Below the pieces are notes generated by a model. The model saw nothing but the letters and a program-made list of their open reading frames with translations, was not told the DNA's origin and did no database searches. DNA of 34,211 nt, from the NCBI RefSeq assembly GCF_001194135.2, contig NC_068990.1, positions 25,977,760-26,011,970 of the forward strand. The letters run 5' to 3'. Each line of letters begins with the position of its first letter. The stretch's first letter is position 1. The DNA comes from Octopus bimaculoides (lineage: Eukaryota). The position numbers and the translations under genes are program-made. Positions 1 through 10,659 of this stretch are shown here, piece after piece.

Positions 1-74
1 ACATATATATATATATATATTGTTTATATATATTTCTATATAGATTGTTTATATATAAATATACTGTCAGACTA

Positions 75-268
75 GCTCTTGTGCTGGTGGCATGTAAAAA
101 GCACCCACTACACTCTTGGAGTGGTTGGCATTAGGAAGGGCATCCAGCTCTAGAAACTTTGCCAGATCAGATTGGAGTCTAGTGTAGCCATCCAGTTTGC
201 CAGTCCCCAGTCAAATCGTCCAACCCATGCTAGCATGTAAAGCAGACGTTAAATGATGATGATGATAT
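75..268 (+). mobile_element. SINE-like family S2 copy (no tRNA head, (GAT)n tail)
   Basis: 'gtgctggtggcatgtaaaaagcacccactacactc...gtggttggcattaggaagggcatccagc...ccaacccatgctagcatg...gttaaatgatgatgatgat' is shared with the copies at 8335, 22030, 27910 and 33685. Confidence 0.85.
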
Positions 269-372
269 AGAGAGAGATTATGCATACATGCATACATACA
301 TATATGTTTCAACACCTGAACCAAGATTGCCAAAGAATTCTTAATGTTTTCTTGTTTTCTGTTAAATCATAG

Positions 373-406
373 ACACTTTACACATCTTAATAGAAATTCA
401 GAGAAA
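373..406 (+). CDS. Weak candidate micro-exon (HFTHLNRNSEK in the phase 2-0 frame)
   Basis: Pyrimidine-rich 'ttttcttgttttctgttaaatcatag|' acceptor and 'AAA|gtaagg' donor; 34 nt. No homology evidence. Confidence 0.15.
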
Positions 407-702
407 GTAAGGTACAATCGCAGTAAAAAGTTTGCTAGTTATACTGTTTCTGATTTAGTTACAAAGCTGGCAACTTTGAGGGGAAGGGTAAGTTACTACT
501 TTTAGCTTCAGTATTTGACTGGTTAATTTTTTAATTAATCCTAAACACAATTAACCTAAGTAGAGATTGAACTTAAAATATGAACCAAAAAGGGCTACGG
601 TAATCTTAATCTCATAGAATGGGACACTTAATCTGTTGGGGGTGTTAGACATAATCTACCACTCAAATCATCCCTCATTTCTGGTTCTTTGGTACCCTAT
701 AG

Positions 703-756
703 AAAGAGAAACCTATTGCAATCACTCAGACTCCAAGATGTCCGGTCTGTGATAAA
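703..756 (+). CDS. Weak candidate exon (KEKPIAITQTPRCPVCDK)
   Basis: 'ttctttggtaccctatag|' acceptor, 'AAA|gtaata' donor, 54 nt open in phase 0-0, CxxC motif. No homology evidence. Confidence 0.15.
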
Positions 757-889
757 GTAATAACCTAATAGCTTGGTGTGCAACAACTTCACCCTTGAGC
801 CAGGTTTTCTTCTCTCCTCCTCTTTTACCCATCAAGATGCATCAATGGGGACTGTTCTACCTTCTTCCTCTGCATTATTAAGACATCTG

Positions 890-1115
890 AAGGTGCATGA
901 CTTAGGGGCTAAGGAATTTGGCTCACGATTATAAGGGCGTGAGTTTGATTCCCAGCAGTAGATTGTGTTCTTGAGCAAGACACTTTATTTCATGTTGCTC
1001 TAGTCCACTCAGCTGGCAAAAAAGGGTTGTACCAGTAATTCAAAGGGGCCAGTCTTGTCACATTATGTATCCTGCTCTATGTCATGCAGAAACTCCCTGA
1101 GAACTATGTAAAAAG
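890..1115 (+). mobile_element. tRNA-headed SINE family S3, degraded and 3'-truncated
   Basis: Degenerate B box 'gagtttgattccc' followed by 'ttgagcaagacactttatttcatgttgctctagtccactcagctgg', the reverse complement of the copy at 25025-25343. Confidence 0.75.
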
Positions 1116-1639
1116 AACACTTGTTGCCATAACTAAGGGAGAGCCAAACCATGAAAACACAACGAAGAGACGGGGCCCCAACTGTTAATTCACATTAAAA
1201 GAGGGGTCAATGATGAACTAGTGGGAAAGCTTCAATGTGGTCGATTGATTTGCTAAATGGATAGCATGCCTTGGATCATATGTCTGCTCCTTTAGGACTG
1301 ACCCTGGGCTAAACAACAATAAGAGGACATTGATTAAAGGAGTAACATAAGACCAAGTCAGAGTTTGAAACGAAAAAAGTCATGAAAATTGTTGACACAG
1401 ATTCATAGAAAGTTCATATACAGAAACTCAAACTGACAACATTTAGATAGACAGACACACACAGATACACATAGGCATAAAGAACACATGCAGTTAAACA
1501 TACTAATGCATACATACGTATCACATATAGGCACAAACACGCATGGTATTATAACAATATGTATTGTGTGTATATGTGTGCATGCGTGTGTGTGTGTGTG
1601 TATATATATGTGAATGTATATATATATATATATATATAT

Positions 1640-2094
1640 NNNNNNNNNNNNNNNNNNNNNNNNNNNNNNNNNNNNNNNNNNNNNNNNNNNNNNNNNNNNN
1701 NNNNNNNNNNNNNNNNNNNNNNNNNNNNNNNNNNNNNNNNNNNNNNNNNNNNNNNNNNNNNNNNNNNNNNNNNNNNNNNNNNNNNNNNNNNNNNNNNNNN
1801 NNNNNNNNNNNNNNNNNNNNNNNNNNNNNNNNNNNNNNNNNNNNNNNNNNNNNNNNNNNNNNNNNNNNNNNNNNNNNNNNNNNNNNNNNNNNNNNNNNNN
1901 NNNNNNNNNNNNNNNNNNNNNNNNNNNNNNNNNNNNNNNNNNNNNNNNNNNNNNNNNNNNNNNNNNNNNNNNNNNNNNNNNNNNNNNNNNNNNNNNNNNN
2001 NNNNNNNNNNNNNNNNNNNNNNNNNNNNNNNNNNNNNNNNNNNNNNNNNNNNNNNNNNNNNNNNNNNNNNNNNNNNNNNNNNNNNNNNNNNNNN
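1640..2094. other. Assembly gap (N). Other gaps: 5104-5548, 7753-8084, 14708-14898, 19140-19621, 21241-21996, 30293-30624, 31586-32444
   Basis: Runs of N, mostly flanked by (TA)n, (TG)n, (CAT)n or (CAC)n. Confidence 1.
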
Positions 2095-2128
<34 letters not shown>

Positions 2129-3465
2129 GATGTATACATATGTATATTAATCTGTGTAGAGTGTTATACTAATGCATATGTATGTATATGTATCAATGTC
2201 TTTCTATGTAACTGTGTGTGTGTGTGTGTGTGTGTGTATACATATGTATACATTTATGCATGTGCGTGTATGCATGCATGGATGAATGTATTCATCTGTC
2301 TTTGTCCTTATATGTGTATACACCCACTCAAACACATACATTCATGCATATGTATTCGTACATACATACTTACATGCACACACACACATACACACAAGCA
2401 CACATATATATACACACACACATACACATATACACACATGACAGTCATTACCTTAACATATGGAAATCAGGGTTTTTTTGTTGTTTTGACTCCCTTGGTC
2501 CAAGACATACGAAAAATATTAACTTGTTCTTTTACATACTGTAATTAGAATCTTTCACATTTCCTTATGTGCGTGCATACTTTTTTTGTTTCCAGTCTCT
2601 TAGCAGGAGTTCACATATTATATTTCATTATCACAACTCCAATATTACCATTCTTTCAAAGAATTGTGATGAATTTTCAGAGGGTTCTGACAACCACACA
2701 ATCTCCACAAGTATAATATTTTCTTATTTCATATCTCTCTCTTTATGTATAAATATATATGTATGTGTGTATATATATATAGATGTGTGTGTATGTGTGT
2801 GTTTTGTCTTGTGTCTGATTAGCTGTTATGGTTAGATGGTGCATTCTGATTGGCTGATAAAATGTGTTTAATATAAAAAATCTTAATGTATTCTCAACAT
2901 GTTTGTTGGGATATGTTCAACGTCGATTGTTGGAGTTGGACAGCATATGTTATCATATTTGGACTTTAGAAAAAATTATTCTCCATGGTTAGCTGGTGTC
3001 AATATCATACATGTGCAACACATGTGGGATGCGTATGCATGTTTTATAGAAGAATTATTGTATACAAATTTCTAGTGTGTTTTGTATGCTGTCTGTGTAT
3101 TCTTGCCTTTGTCAAACTCTGTGATGTAACGACTCTCTCTGTGTGTGGGTGTATAATTAAATTAAGTGGTTTGGGGGGCTGAAGTGGGAGTTTGGGAATA
3201 TGTTGTTCTTATGTGACCTATTTTCGTGACCTTGTGCTCTTTATTGAAGTTTTCAAAAATGTTCAGATGATAATATTCAAATATGAATATTAATTCCATG
3301 GATCATCATTAAGACATTTGTTGTTAATGACAGTTTTGTTTTTAAAGCAGTGCATTTTGAATAGATAACGAGGTGGGGCAAGGGTGGGCGGTGTCGCAGA
3401 TTGTTAACGAGGGTCTGGGAACTGCCTTTACAAACATTTTTAATTGTTACACCAACACCACTGCT

Positions 3466-3502
<37 letters not shown>

Positions 3503-3504
3503 AT

Positions 3505-3663
3505 AGGTACAGGCATGGCTGTGTGGGAAGACGTTTTCTTACCCAATACATAGTTCTGGGTTCACTCCCACTGTGTAGCACCTTGAGCAAGTATCTTGTA
3601 TAGCCTTGGGCAGACCAAAGCCTTGTGAACAAATTTGGTAGAAGGGAACTGAAAGAGGCCTAT
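3505..3663 (+). mobile_element. tRNA-headed SINE family S1, 5' half
   Basis: 'ggctgtgtgg...ggttcactcccactg...accttgagcaagtatctt...tagccttgggcagaccaaagccttgtg' matches 29299-29457 and ends in (TA)n. Confidence 0.85.
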
Positions 3664-3674
3664 CATATATACAG

Positions 3675-3702
<28 letters not shown>

Positions 3703-3705
<3 letters not shown>

Positions 3706-3876
3706 AATGAAGTATATGCAAAGGAAAAATTGTAGGTGTAGACGATCTTTAATTCATAATCCAAGTTGGTACATATCCAATATACATCTGAATGTATATT
3801 GGAAATGTACCAACCTGGATTATGAATTAGAGATCGTTTACACTTACAATTTTTCCTTTCCATATACTTCATTTAT
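3703..3876. repeat. Long palindrome/hairpin: 85-bp arms, 4-nt loop (MITE-like or hairpin RNA)
   Basis: 3703-3787 against the reverse complement of 3792-3876 matches at 79/85 positions; loop 'ctga'. Explains the twin MKYM... ORFs on opposite strands. Confidence 0.95.
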
Positions 3877-4082
3877 TGTTTTTGGAAATACTGAATATAT
3901 ATATTTTATATATACTCTTGACTTGGACTGGTGCAGTCCATGATAATAGGAGGAATCTGTCTATCTAGCTAGGTCGTCCTTCAGGATGCCCCAAGATAGG
4001 ATGCCTACATGTTTTCCCCATTCATCTCGATTTTCCATAATGGTCCTTAGCTCCTGTACCCCTTCCATACCAGTGTCCTCCA

Positions 4083-4128
4083 GACACCTGATGAAGGCTG
4101 GAGGATATATCAGCTGAAACATTGTGTT
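4083..4128 (+). ncRNA. Minimal type I hammerhead ribozyme motif (family H1), stem III palindrome mutated
   Basis: GACAC-CUGAUGA-AGGCUG[gaggauauau]CAGCU-GAAACAUU^GUGUU. Stem I GACAC/GUGUU. AACGUU has become AACAUU. Confidence 0.55.
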
Positions 4129-4205
4129 AACAACAAACAAGATGAGGACAAATATCCGTCAAATGTAAATAATGCACATAGTTCCTCATCTCTTAAATAT
4201 AAGAA
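4083..4205 (+). mobile_element. Penelope-like terminal fragment carrying a hammerhead motif
   Basis: Near-identical to 23052-23180; contains CTGATGA...GAAAC. Confidence 0.7.
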
Positions 4206-4509
4206 TAGGTCGTCTTCTTCGTTCCTCTCCTGGTTCTCCCTTCTGTTGGTTACCAGAGCACTAGCTTGTTAGCAATTTCATTGGTATGTCTGATGCAGTG
4301 TCCAGCTAGCCTCCTCCTTCTATGCTGTATCTTCAATGTTACTTTTGGTAGTCCCTGGAATAAGTAGGCATTTGTTGTATGAATCTTCCAGGAGACATTG
4401 AGTGCCATTCTAAGCATCCTCGTATAACAACCATCCAACTGCTTCTTCAATGCTTCAGTGAGCATCCATGTTTCAGGGGGAAGGATATTATTATAGAATT
4501 ATTATTGTA

Positions 4510-4722
4510 GAATTGTGACCAAACTAGACGAAGTGCTTAGTGGATTTTTTACCTGGCTTTATGTCCTAAGTTCAAATACCACTGAAGTGGACTTTGCCTT
4601 TCATTCTTTTAAGGATCAATAAAATATGGCACTTGTTGATCACTGGGGTCGATGTAATTGACTACCCCACCCCTCAAATCTGCTGGCCTTGTACCAAAGT
4701 GAGAAAGGGTTATCATTATTAT
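4510..4722 (+). mobile_element. SINE family S4, degraded
   Basis: 'agttcaaataccactgaagtggactttgcctttcattctttt...cactggggtcgatgtaattgact' matches 5549-5760; short (ATT)n tail. Confidence 0.75.
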
Positions 4723-4868
4723 TTTCATATACACTCAACAGATTAGACTGGTGGAAAAGAAAAAAATCCTAACATCAGGTTACAACAAGCAACCTTAAAT
4801 GCCAAGAACTCTCCTAAGTATCTTTTCTGTCCCTAATAATACTATTTTCTACAGCTGTACTAAACTGG

Positions 4869-4908
<40 letters not shown>

Positions 4909-4957
4909 CCATCACCATCATCATCATCATCATCATTATTATCCTCCTCCTCATCAC

Positions 4958-4992
<35 letters not shown>

Positions 4993-5044
4993 CCATCACC
5001 ATCACCACCATCATCATCATCATCATCATCATCACCATCATCAC

Positions 5045-5076
<32 letters not shown>

Positions 5077-5103
5077 CCATCACCATCACCACCATCATCA
5101 TCA
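4869..5103. repeat. (CAT/CAC)n microsatellite running into a gap
   Basis: Direct inspection. Confidence 0.95.
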
Positions 5104-5548
5104 NNNNNNNNNNNNNNNNNNNNNNNNNNNNNNNNNNNNNNNNNNNNNNNNNNNNNNNNNNNNNNNNNNNNNNNNNNNNNNNNNNNNNNNNNNNNNNNNN
5201 NNNNNNNNNNNNNNNNNNNNNNNNNNNNNNNNNNNNNNNNNNNNNNNNNNNNNNNNNNNNNNNNNNNNNNNNNNNNNNNNNNNNNNNNNNNNNNNNNNNN
5301 NNNNNNNNNNNNNNNNNNNNNNNNNNNNNNNNNNNNNNNNNNNNNNNNNNNNNNNNNNNNNNNNNNNNNNNNNNNNNNNNNNNNNNNNNNNNNNNNNNNN
5401 NNNNNNNNNNNNNNNNNNNNNNNNNNNNNNNNNNNNNNNNNNNNNNNNNNNNNNNNNNNNNNNNNNNNNNNNNNNNNNNNNNNNNNNNNNNNNNNNNNNN
5501 NNNNNNNNNNNNNNNNNNNNNNNNNNNNNNNNNNNNNNNNNNNNNNNN

Positions 5549-5760
5549 TGCAAACTGGCAGAATTATTAGCATGCTGGGCAAAATGCTTAGCGGTATTTT
5601 GTCTGCCACTAAGTTCTGAGTTCAAATTCCGCTAAGGTCGACTTTGCCTTTCATCCTTTCAGGGTTGATGAAATAAGTACAAGATATGCACTGGGGTCGA
5701 TATAATTGACTAGACCCCTTCTCCAAAAATTTTCAAGGCTTTGTGCCTACAGTAGAAATA
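5549..5760 (+). mobile_element. tRNA-headed SINE family S4
   Basis: 'ctggcagaattattagc' head, B box 'gagttcaaattcc', body 'gactttgcctttcatcctttcagggttgatgaaataagtac...ctggggtcgat'. Confidence 0.8.
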
Positions 5761-5781
5761 ATAATAATAATAATAATAATT

Positions 5782-6147
5782 ATATGAAAACTCACAGCTT
5801 ATTTTGCTGGATATGATGGGAAGTGTCAGCTGTCCACAGCCAGCAGACTCAGGTGACACTTATTAGAGGTCATGCTTCAAGAACTCTGTGAAGAATTCTT
5901 TCAGTTCCAAGCAATGCTGATTTTTGTAGGTGTTCTACCTTCACACTGGCACCGATCTTTTTGAGCCATGTTGGTAGTTGAGTGCTGATACTTCCAAGTA
6001 CACCAATTACTATTGGTATCACGTCTACTCTCTTCATGAACCACAACATTTGTATTTCCCACTTTAAATCGTCATAGTTGTTTATTTTTTCTTCTTCTTT
6101 CACATTGATTCTGTTGTCACCGAGGCATGCTATGTCGATTATCATAT
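5782..6147 (-). mobile_element. 5'-truncated RLE-type (R4/Dong-like) LINE fragment, lineage B
   Basis: ORF 5870-6145 IIDIACLGD..I..KEEEKINNYDDLKWEI..LW..IPIVIGVLG..LQKSALLGT.RIL fits the C-terminal restriction-like endonuclease domain. The 5' junction abuts (AAT)n. Confidence 0.85.
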
Positions 6148-6157
6148 TATTATTATT

Positions 6158-6268
6158 GTTCAGTAGTTTTATTTTTATAACGTGCTTTCACTTCACTACC
6201 GAGCGCAGCTCTGTGCGCCTTGGGTATGTGCTGTGGTTTGCTGTGGTGCTCTTATGTTTACTGTATTG

Positions 6269-6275
<7 letters not shown>
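6158..6275 (-). mobile_element. Very short 3' end of RLE LINE lineage A
   Basis: Near-identical to 10248-10365 (last codons LSIQ* plus 3' UTR); (AAT)n on both sides. Confidence 0.85.
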
Positions 6276-6306
<31 letters not shown>

Positions 6307-8084
6307 TGGCAGAAGTTACAAAATGACTCATGGGCTGAGAGTTTCATGCATTAGCAATTATCAAACTGGTTTCAACTCATAGGGATAACATTTATAAAAC
6401 TGTCACAATTACTTGAAACCATTTGATAAGTGTTAATACATGAAACTCCTGGCACTTGAGTACACTGTAACTTCTGCCAATTCTTCATAAATATATAAAT
6501 ATATATATATATATATACACTCAAGTTTTGAGTTCTATATTCCTGTTTGCATCACCAAAACTATCTGTGCGTGTGTGTGTATATATATATATATGTATTC
6601 ACACACACACATACAACTGTGTGTATATATATATATGTGCTTGTGTGTGCGTGGGTGTATGTGTTCTACCATTAATGTACATAAGTATCTATCTACATGC
6701 ACACACACACACACACACGTACAAAATGCTTTGACTCTTAACAGTGGTTTCGCTGTCAGTCAACCCCCCCACCTTACCCTACACCTCAACCGCATCATTA
6801 ATGATAAGTGTTTGTCAGCCAGTATTTTCATTAATTATGCAAAATATCTTCAGATCACTTAATGCTTTTAATGCATTTGTCATAATTCCTAATGTGAACT
6901 ATATCTTACCTGCTGTTTAGGGGTAATAGGAAGGTTTAGAAACCACCACCATTATTATTATTATTATTATCATCATCATCATCATCATTATTGTTGTTGT
7001 TGTTGTTAGAGTGGGAAGGGGCCATAAATGGCTTGTTCTAGTTTATTATTTAGTATTTCTATTTTGTGTCATCATCATCATCATCATATACATATGAGTG
7101 TGTGTGTGTATAAATGTATACCAGTATGTGTGTATGTATGTGTGTGTATACATGTGTGTGAGTGTGCATATGCATATGTATGTGTATGCGTGTGAGTGTA
7201 TGTATATGTATGTGTATATGTGTGTGTATCTGTGTCTCTATATGTGTGTGTATGCGTGTATATATGCATGGGTGTGTATGTGTGTGTGTGGATGTGTGTA
7301 CATATTCTGTTGTCCGGTGTTTTTTGTCTGGGAATAAAGCTTTGCAGTTATCTTCAATATGTCCTTATTCATCATCATCATCAATCATCCTCGTTACCAC
7401 CACCACCAACACCACCACCACCACCACCATCATCACAACTACTGCTATGGTCCCCCCTGCCTGCCTGCACCAGCTTCATCATCTTCATGCTTATATTCCC
7501 TCCATCATCATAACTGCCACCGTCACCTTTATCATCATCCCCTCCCCATATCATCATCATCTACCACCATTATCATCATCATCCTCATCTCCACCACCAC
7601 CACCACCACCACGAAAGAGCATCCATCAGAAAAAGAAGGCTTCAGTAATATTCATCTAACCCATGCTAGCATGGAAAAACAGATGTAAAAATGAAGAATG
7701 AATAAGCATGTACATGTGTGTGTTTATCTGTATGTGCATGTGTGTGTGTGTGNNNNNNNNNNNNNNNNNNNNNNNNNNNNNNNNNNNNNNNNNNNNNNNN
7801 NNNNNNNNNNNNNNNNNNNNNNNNNNNNNNNNNNNNNNNNNNNNNNNNNNNNNNNNNNNNNNNNNNNNNNNNNNNNNNNNNNNNNNNNNNNNNNNNNNNN
7901 NNNNNNNNNNNNNNNNNNNNNNNNNNNNNNNNNNNNNNNNNNNNNNNNNNNNNNNNNNNNNNNNNNNNNNNNNNNNNNNNNNNNNNNNNNNNNNNNNNNN
8001 NNNNNNNNNNNNNNNNNNNNNNNNNNNNNNNNNNNNNNNNNNNNNNNNNNNNNNNNNNNNNNNNNNNNNNNNNNNNNNNNNNNN

Positions 8085-8117
<33 letters not shown>

Positions 8118-8120
8118 ATA

Positions 8121-8322
8121 TGTTTGTGTGTCTGGGTCCCCCCAACATCGCTTGACAACCGATGGTAGTGTATTTATGACCCCGTAACTTAGCAGTTCGG
8201 CAAAATAGACCGATAGAATAAGTACTAGGCTTACAAAGAATAAGTCCTGGGGTCGATTTGCTCGACTAAAGGCGGTGCTCCAGCATGGCCACAGTCAAAT
8301 GACTGAAACAAGTAAAATAGTA
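8121..8322 (+). mobile_element. SINE S1, 3' half after gap and (TA)n
   Basis: 'ccccccaacatcgcttgacaaccgatg...gaataagtcctggggtcgatttgctcgactaaaggcggtgctccagcatggccacagtcaaatgactgaaacaagtaaa'. Confidence 0.9.
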
Positions 8323-8334
8323 TGTAAAAATCAC

Positions 8335-8630
8335 CTGTGCTGGCGCCACATAAAAAGTTCCTCTGCTGGTGGCATATGAAAAGCACCAGTGCTGGTGCCA
8401 TGTAGGAACCTCCTGTGCCAGTGCCACATAAAAAGCACCTGTGCTGGTGCCACGTAAAAAAGAAACACCCAGAACACTCTGTTAAAGTGGTTGGCATTAG
8501 GAAGGGCATCCAGCTATAGAAACCATGCCAAAACAGACAATGGAACCTTGTGTGGATCCAGGCTGCCAAACTGTCCGACCCATACCAGCATGGAAAACAG
8601 ACATTAAATGATCATGATGATGATGATGAA
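8335..8630 (+). mobile_element. SINE-like S2 with about five tandem 25-nt head units
   Basis: Repeated 'gtgctggtgccacataaaaagcac' units, then the S2 body and (GAT)n tail. Confidence 0.85.
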
Positions 8631-9021
8631 GATAATGGATTAGTAAGGATTAGTGTCATTCATGCACAATAACTACTCATATGATACCAAAATTTCACCA
8701 ATTCCACCAAAGTCTTTTCAGATTCTTCTCCAGTCTAACCCAAGAACACATTAACCTCCACCTCGTTCTCTACATTCTTCCTGTTTCTTTTTTTTTCTAT
8801 TTCTTTGTCTTTTCTTGTTCTTTTTCCTTCTCTTGTATCTTTTACTTGTCTCACTCACTGGACTACAGCCATTTAATTGAATGAGTTGACGCTAGTGCGT
8901 ATTCTTTATTCGAAGCAAGGTATTTATTTTGTTGGTCTATTTTGCTGAACTGCTAAGTTACAGGGACGTAAACATGTATTTTCTGTACCTGGCTTTTACT
9001 TCTACTTTTACTCATTAGTGA

Positions 9022-9067
<46 letters not shown>

Positions 9068-9593
9068 GAGTGAGAGAGCAGCACATGCTATCAAAGTGAC
9101 ATGGGGTGCGAATTCATGAAACCCAATATACCCATTATGATAACCTGTCTGATAAGGATACACCAGGCAACATGCATCACAACCATATGTGCGTGACATG
9201 GAGATCTCATATCAAGATAAACAGCACATGACCTTGCAGGTGGAGCCAATTAGAATTTTCTTCAAGTCTAATAGTCCATCCTGTTTAAGGATGTTGAACA
9301 AAACACCCATGTTTACAGAGTGAATTATTTAATCCCCAAAGAATTCCTCTCAACACATGGCTATGATGTTTCCCTACCACTCCTGCTTGTGATCAGAGAT
9401 GCAACATATCTTCCATTAAGGGGCATGCTCAACTGGTCAAGGTCAAACAACTGACAAGCAAATCTGTGGTATTGAGCAGAATATTTACTGTAGCCCATCT
9501 TTTACACCAAGACTAACAATGTCTATGTTAACATGTCCAATCAGTTAAGATCAGAAGCCATGAGAGCCACTGCCTGGTATTGCATCAGGAGCG
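9068..9593 (-). mobile_element. About 525-nt noncoding element D between (AAT)n tracts (probable LINE 3' UTR or SINE)
   Basis: Non-repetitive block bounded on both sides by (TTA)n, in the same stack as two RLE fragments. No ORF; orientation is inferred. Confidence 0.55.
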
Positions 9594-9626
9594 TTTATTA
9601 CTATTATTATTATTATGATGATTATG

Positions 9627-9659
<33 letters not shown>

Positions 9660-9660
<1 letters not shown>

Positions 9661-10215
9661 TATGTTTGACTTTTGCTTTGCATTTGTACAAGTTGGCTCC
9701 AAGTCTAACCGAGAGACCTCAAGAGACAACAAGTTAGAAGTTCATGTTGGTGTTATACCTCGGGTGTCATATATTTAGTTTTGTACATAGTGTTGTTCTA
9801 GAGAATGTTTAAGAAAACAAGAAAATTATGTGTTTGTTTTAAAATTTGAGATTACACAGACAGTACTTTACGTAGGATATGGGCAGTTCCTATGAGTACT
9901 ATCTTGAATTTCTGCCATTTTGGGGTTTCCTGGTACCTGAGCTAGGTAGCAATGAGCTCCTTTTGCTATCATTTCTAGGGCACCTATGGTAACAGGTGCT
10001 GTTTTGCCAATTTCCATTTCAAGATCTTTATAATTGTTCAGCTTTTGGTAGGTCTTGACAGATACGTTTATATCAATTGGGACAGTGATATCAATGAGGA
10101 GGCATGATTTTCGTCTAAAGTCTTTCAATATAATGTCTGGCCTATTTGCATCTATCTTTCTGTCAGTTTGAATGGTGAAGTTCCAGAGGAGTGAGATGTG
10201 ATCATTTTCAAGCAC
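9660..10215 (-). mobile_element. 5'-truncated RLE LINE fragment, lineage C, frameshifted
   Basis: LLWNFTIQTDRKIDANRPDIILKD...LLIDITVP.D...K...YKDLEMEI contains the RPD and K..Y motifs of RLE endonucleases. About 200-nt 3' UTR; (AAT)n at both ends. Confidence 0.9.
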
Positions 10216-10247
<32 letters not shown>

Positions 10248-10620
10248 GTTCAGTAGTTTTATTTTTATAACGTGCTTTCACTTCACTACCAAGCACAGCT
10301 CTGTGCGCCTTGGGTATGTGCTGTGGTTTGCTGTGATGCTCTTATGGTTACTGTATTGAAAGTGTTTTGCGTAGGATGTGTGCAGTGCCCAATAGTGAAA
10401 TTTTCTGTATGTTATATATATTTGTAAGTCCTGGTGTTTTTGTTATGTATTTGTCTGAATATTTTTTTATTATACCTAAGGCACCTACTATGATAGGAAT
10501 TGTTTCTGTTTTTAGATTCCACATTCGAGTTACCTCTATATCCAGGTCTTTGTATTTTGAAAGTTTTTCCATTTCTTTTAGAGAAACGTTGTCATCTGCT
10601 GGTATTGATACATCTGCTGG

Positions 10621-10621
<1 letters not shown>
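10248..10621 (-). mobile_element. 5'-truncated RLE LINE fragment, lineage A
   Basis: DVSIPADDNVSLKEMEKLSKYKDLDIEVTRMWNLKTETIPIIVGALG...QKISLLGTAHILRKTLSIQ* plus 3' UTR; (AAT)n flanks. Confidence 0.9.

Positions 10622-10659
<38 letters not shown>

Larger units (their letters stand above)
3975..4478 (-). mobile_element. 3' fragment of an RTE-like LINE ORF (post-RT region), interrupted at about 4083-4205
   Basis: Minus frame ETWMLTEALKKQLDGCYTRMLRMALNVSW...RRRRLAGHCIRH..IANKLVLW, then RRRRP, resuming after the insert as CLEDTGMEGVQELRTIMENRDEW. Resembles RTE/RTE-X C-termini. Confidence 0.75.

Noticed and set aside
1549-2548. Long ORFs spanning N gaps (also 7666-8187, 19035-19727, 20974-22136, 30088-30843, 31502-32601)
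   Set aside because: They are open only because N and dinucleotide repeats lack stop codons.
2849-3075. Reverse CCAAT (2849), TATAAAA (2872) and a 58-codon ORF from ATG 2899
   Set aside because: The ATG falls about where transcription would start, these motifs are common in AT-rich DNA, and there is no splice or homology support.
3663-3943. Twin MKYM.RKNC... ORFs on both strands
   Set aside because: A by-product of the DNA palindrome; not evidence for paralogous peptides.
4799-5635. 278-aa poly-His ORF and antisense poly-Asp/Met ORFs
   Set aside because: They are a (CAT)n microsatellite plus an N gap plus a SINE head, with no coding complexity.
9573-9584. 12-nt match to U2 snRNA 3' region (cctggtattgca)
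   Set aside because: Too short; no Sm site or other U2 stems, so probably chance.
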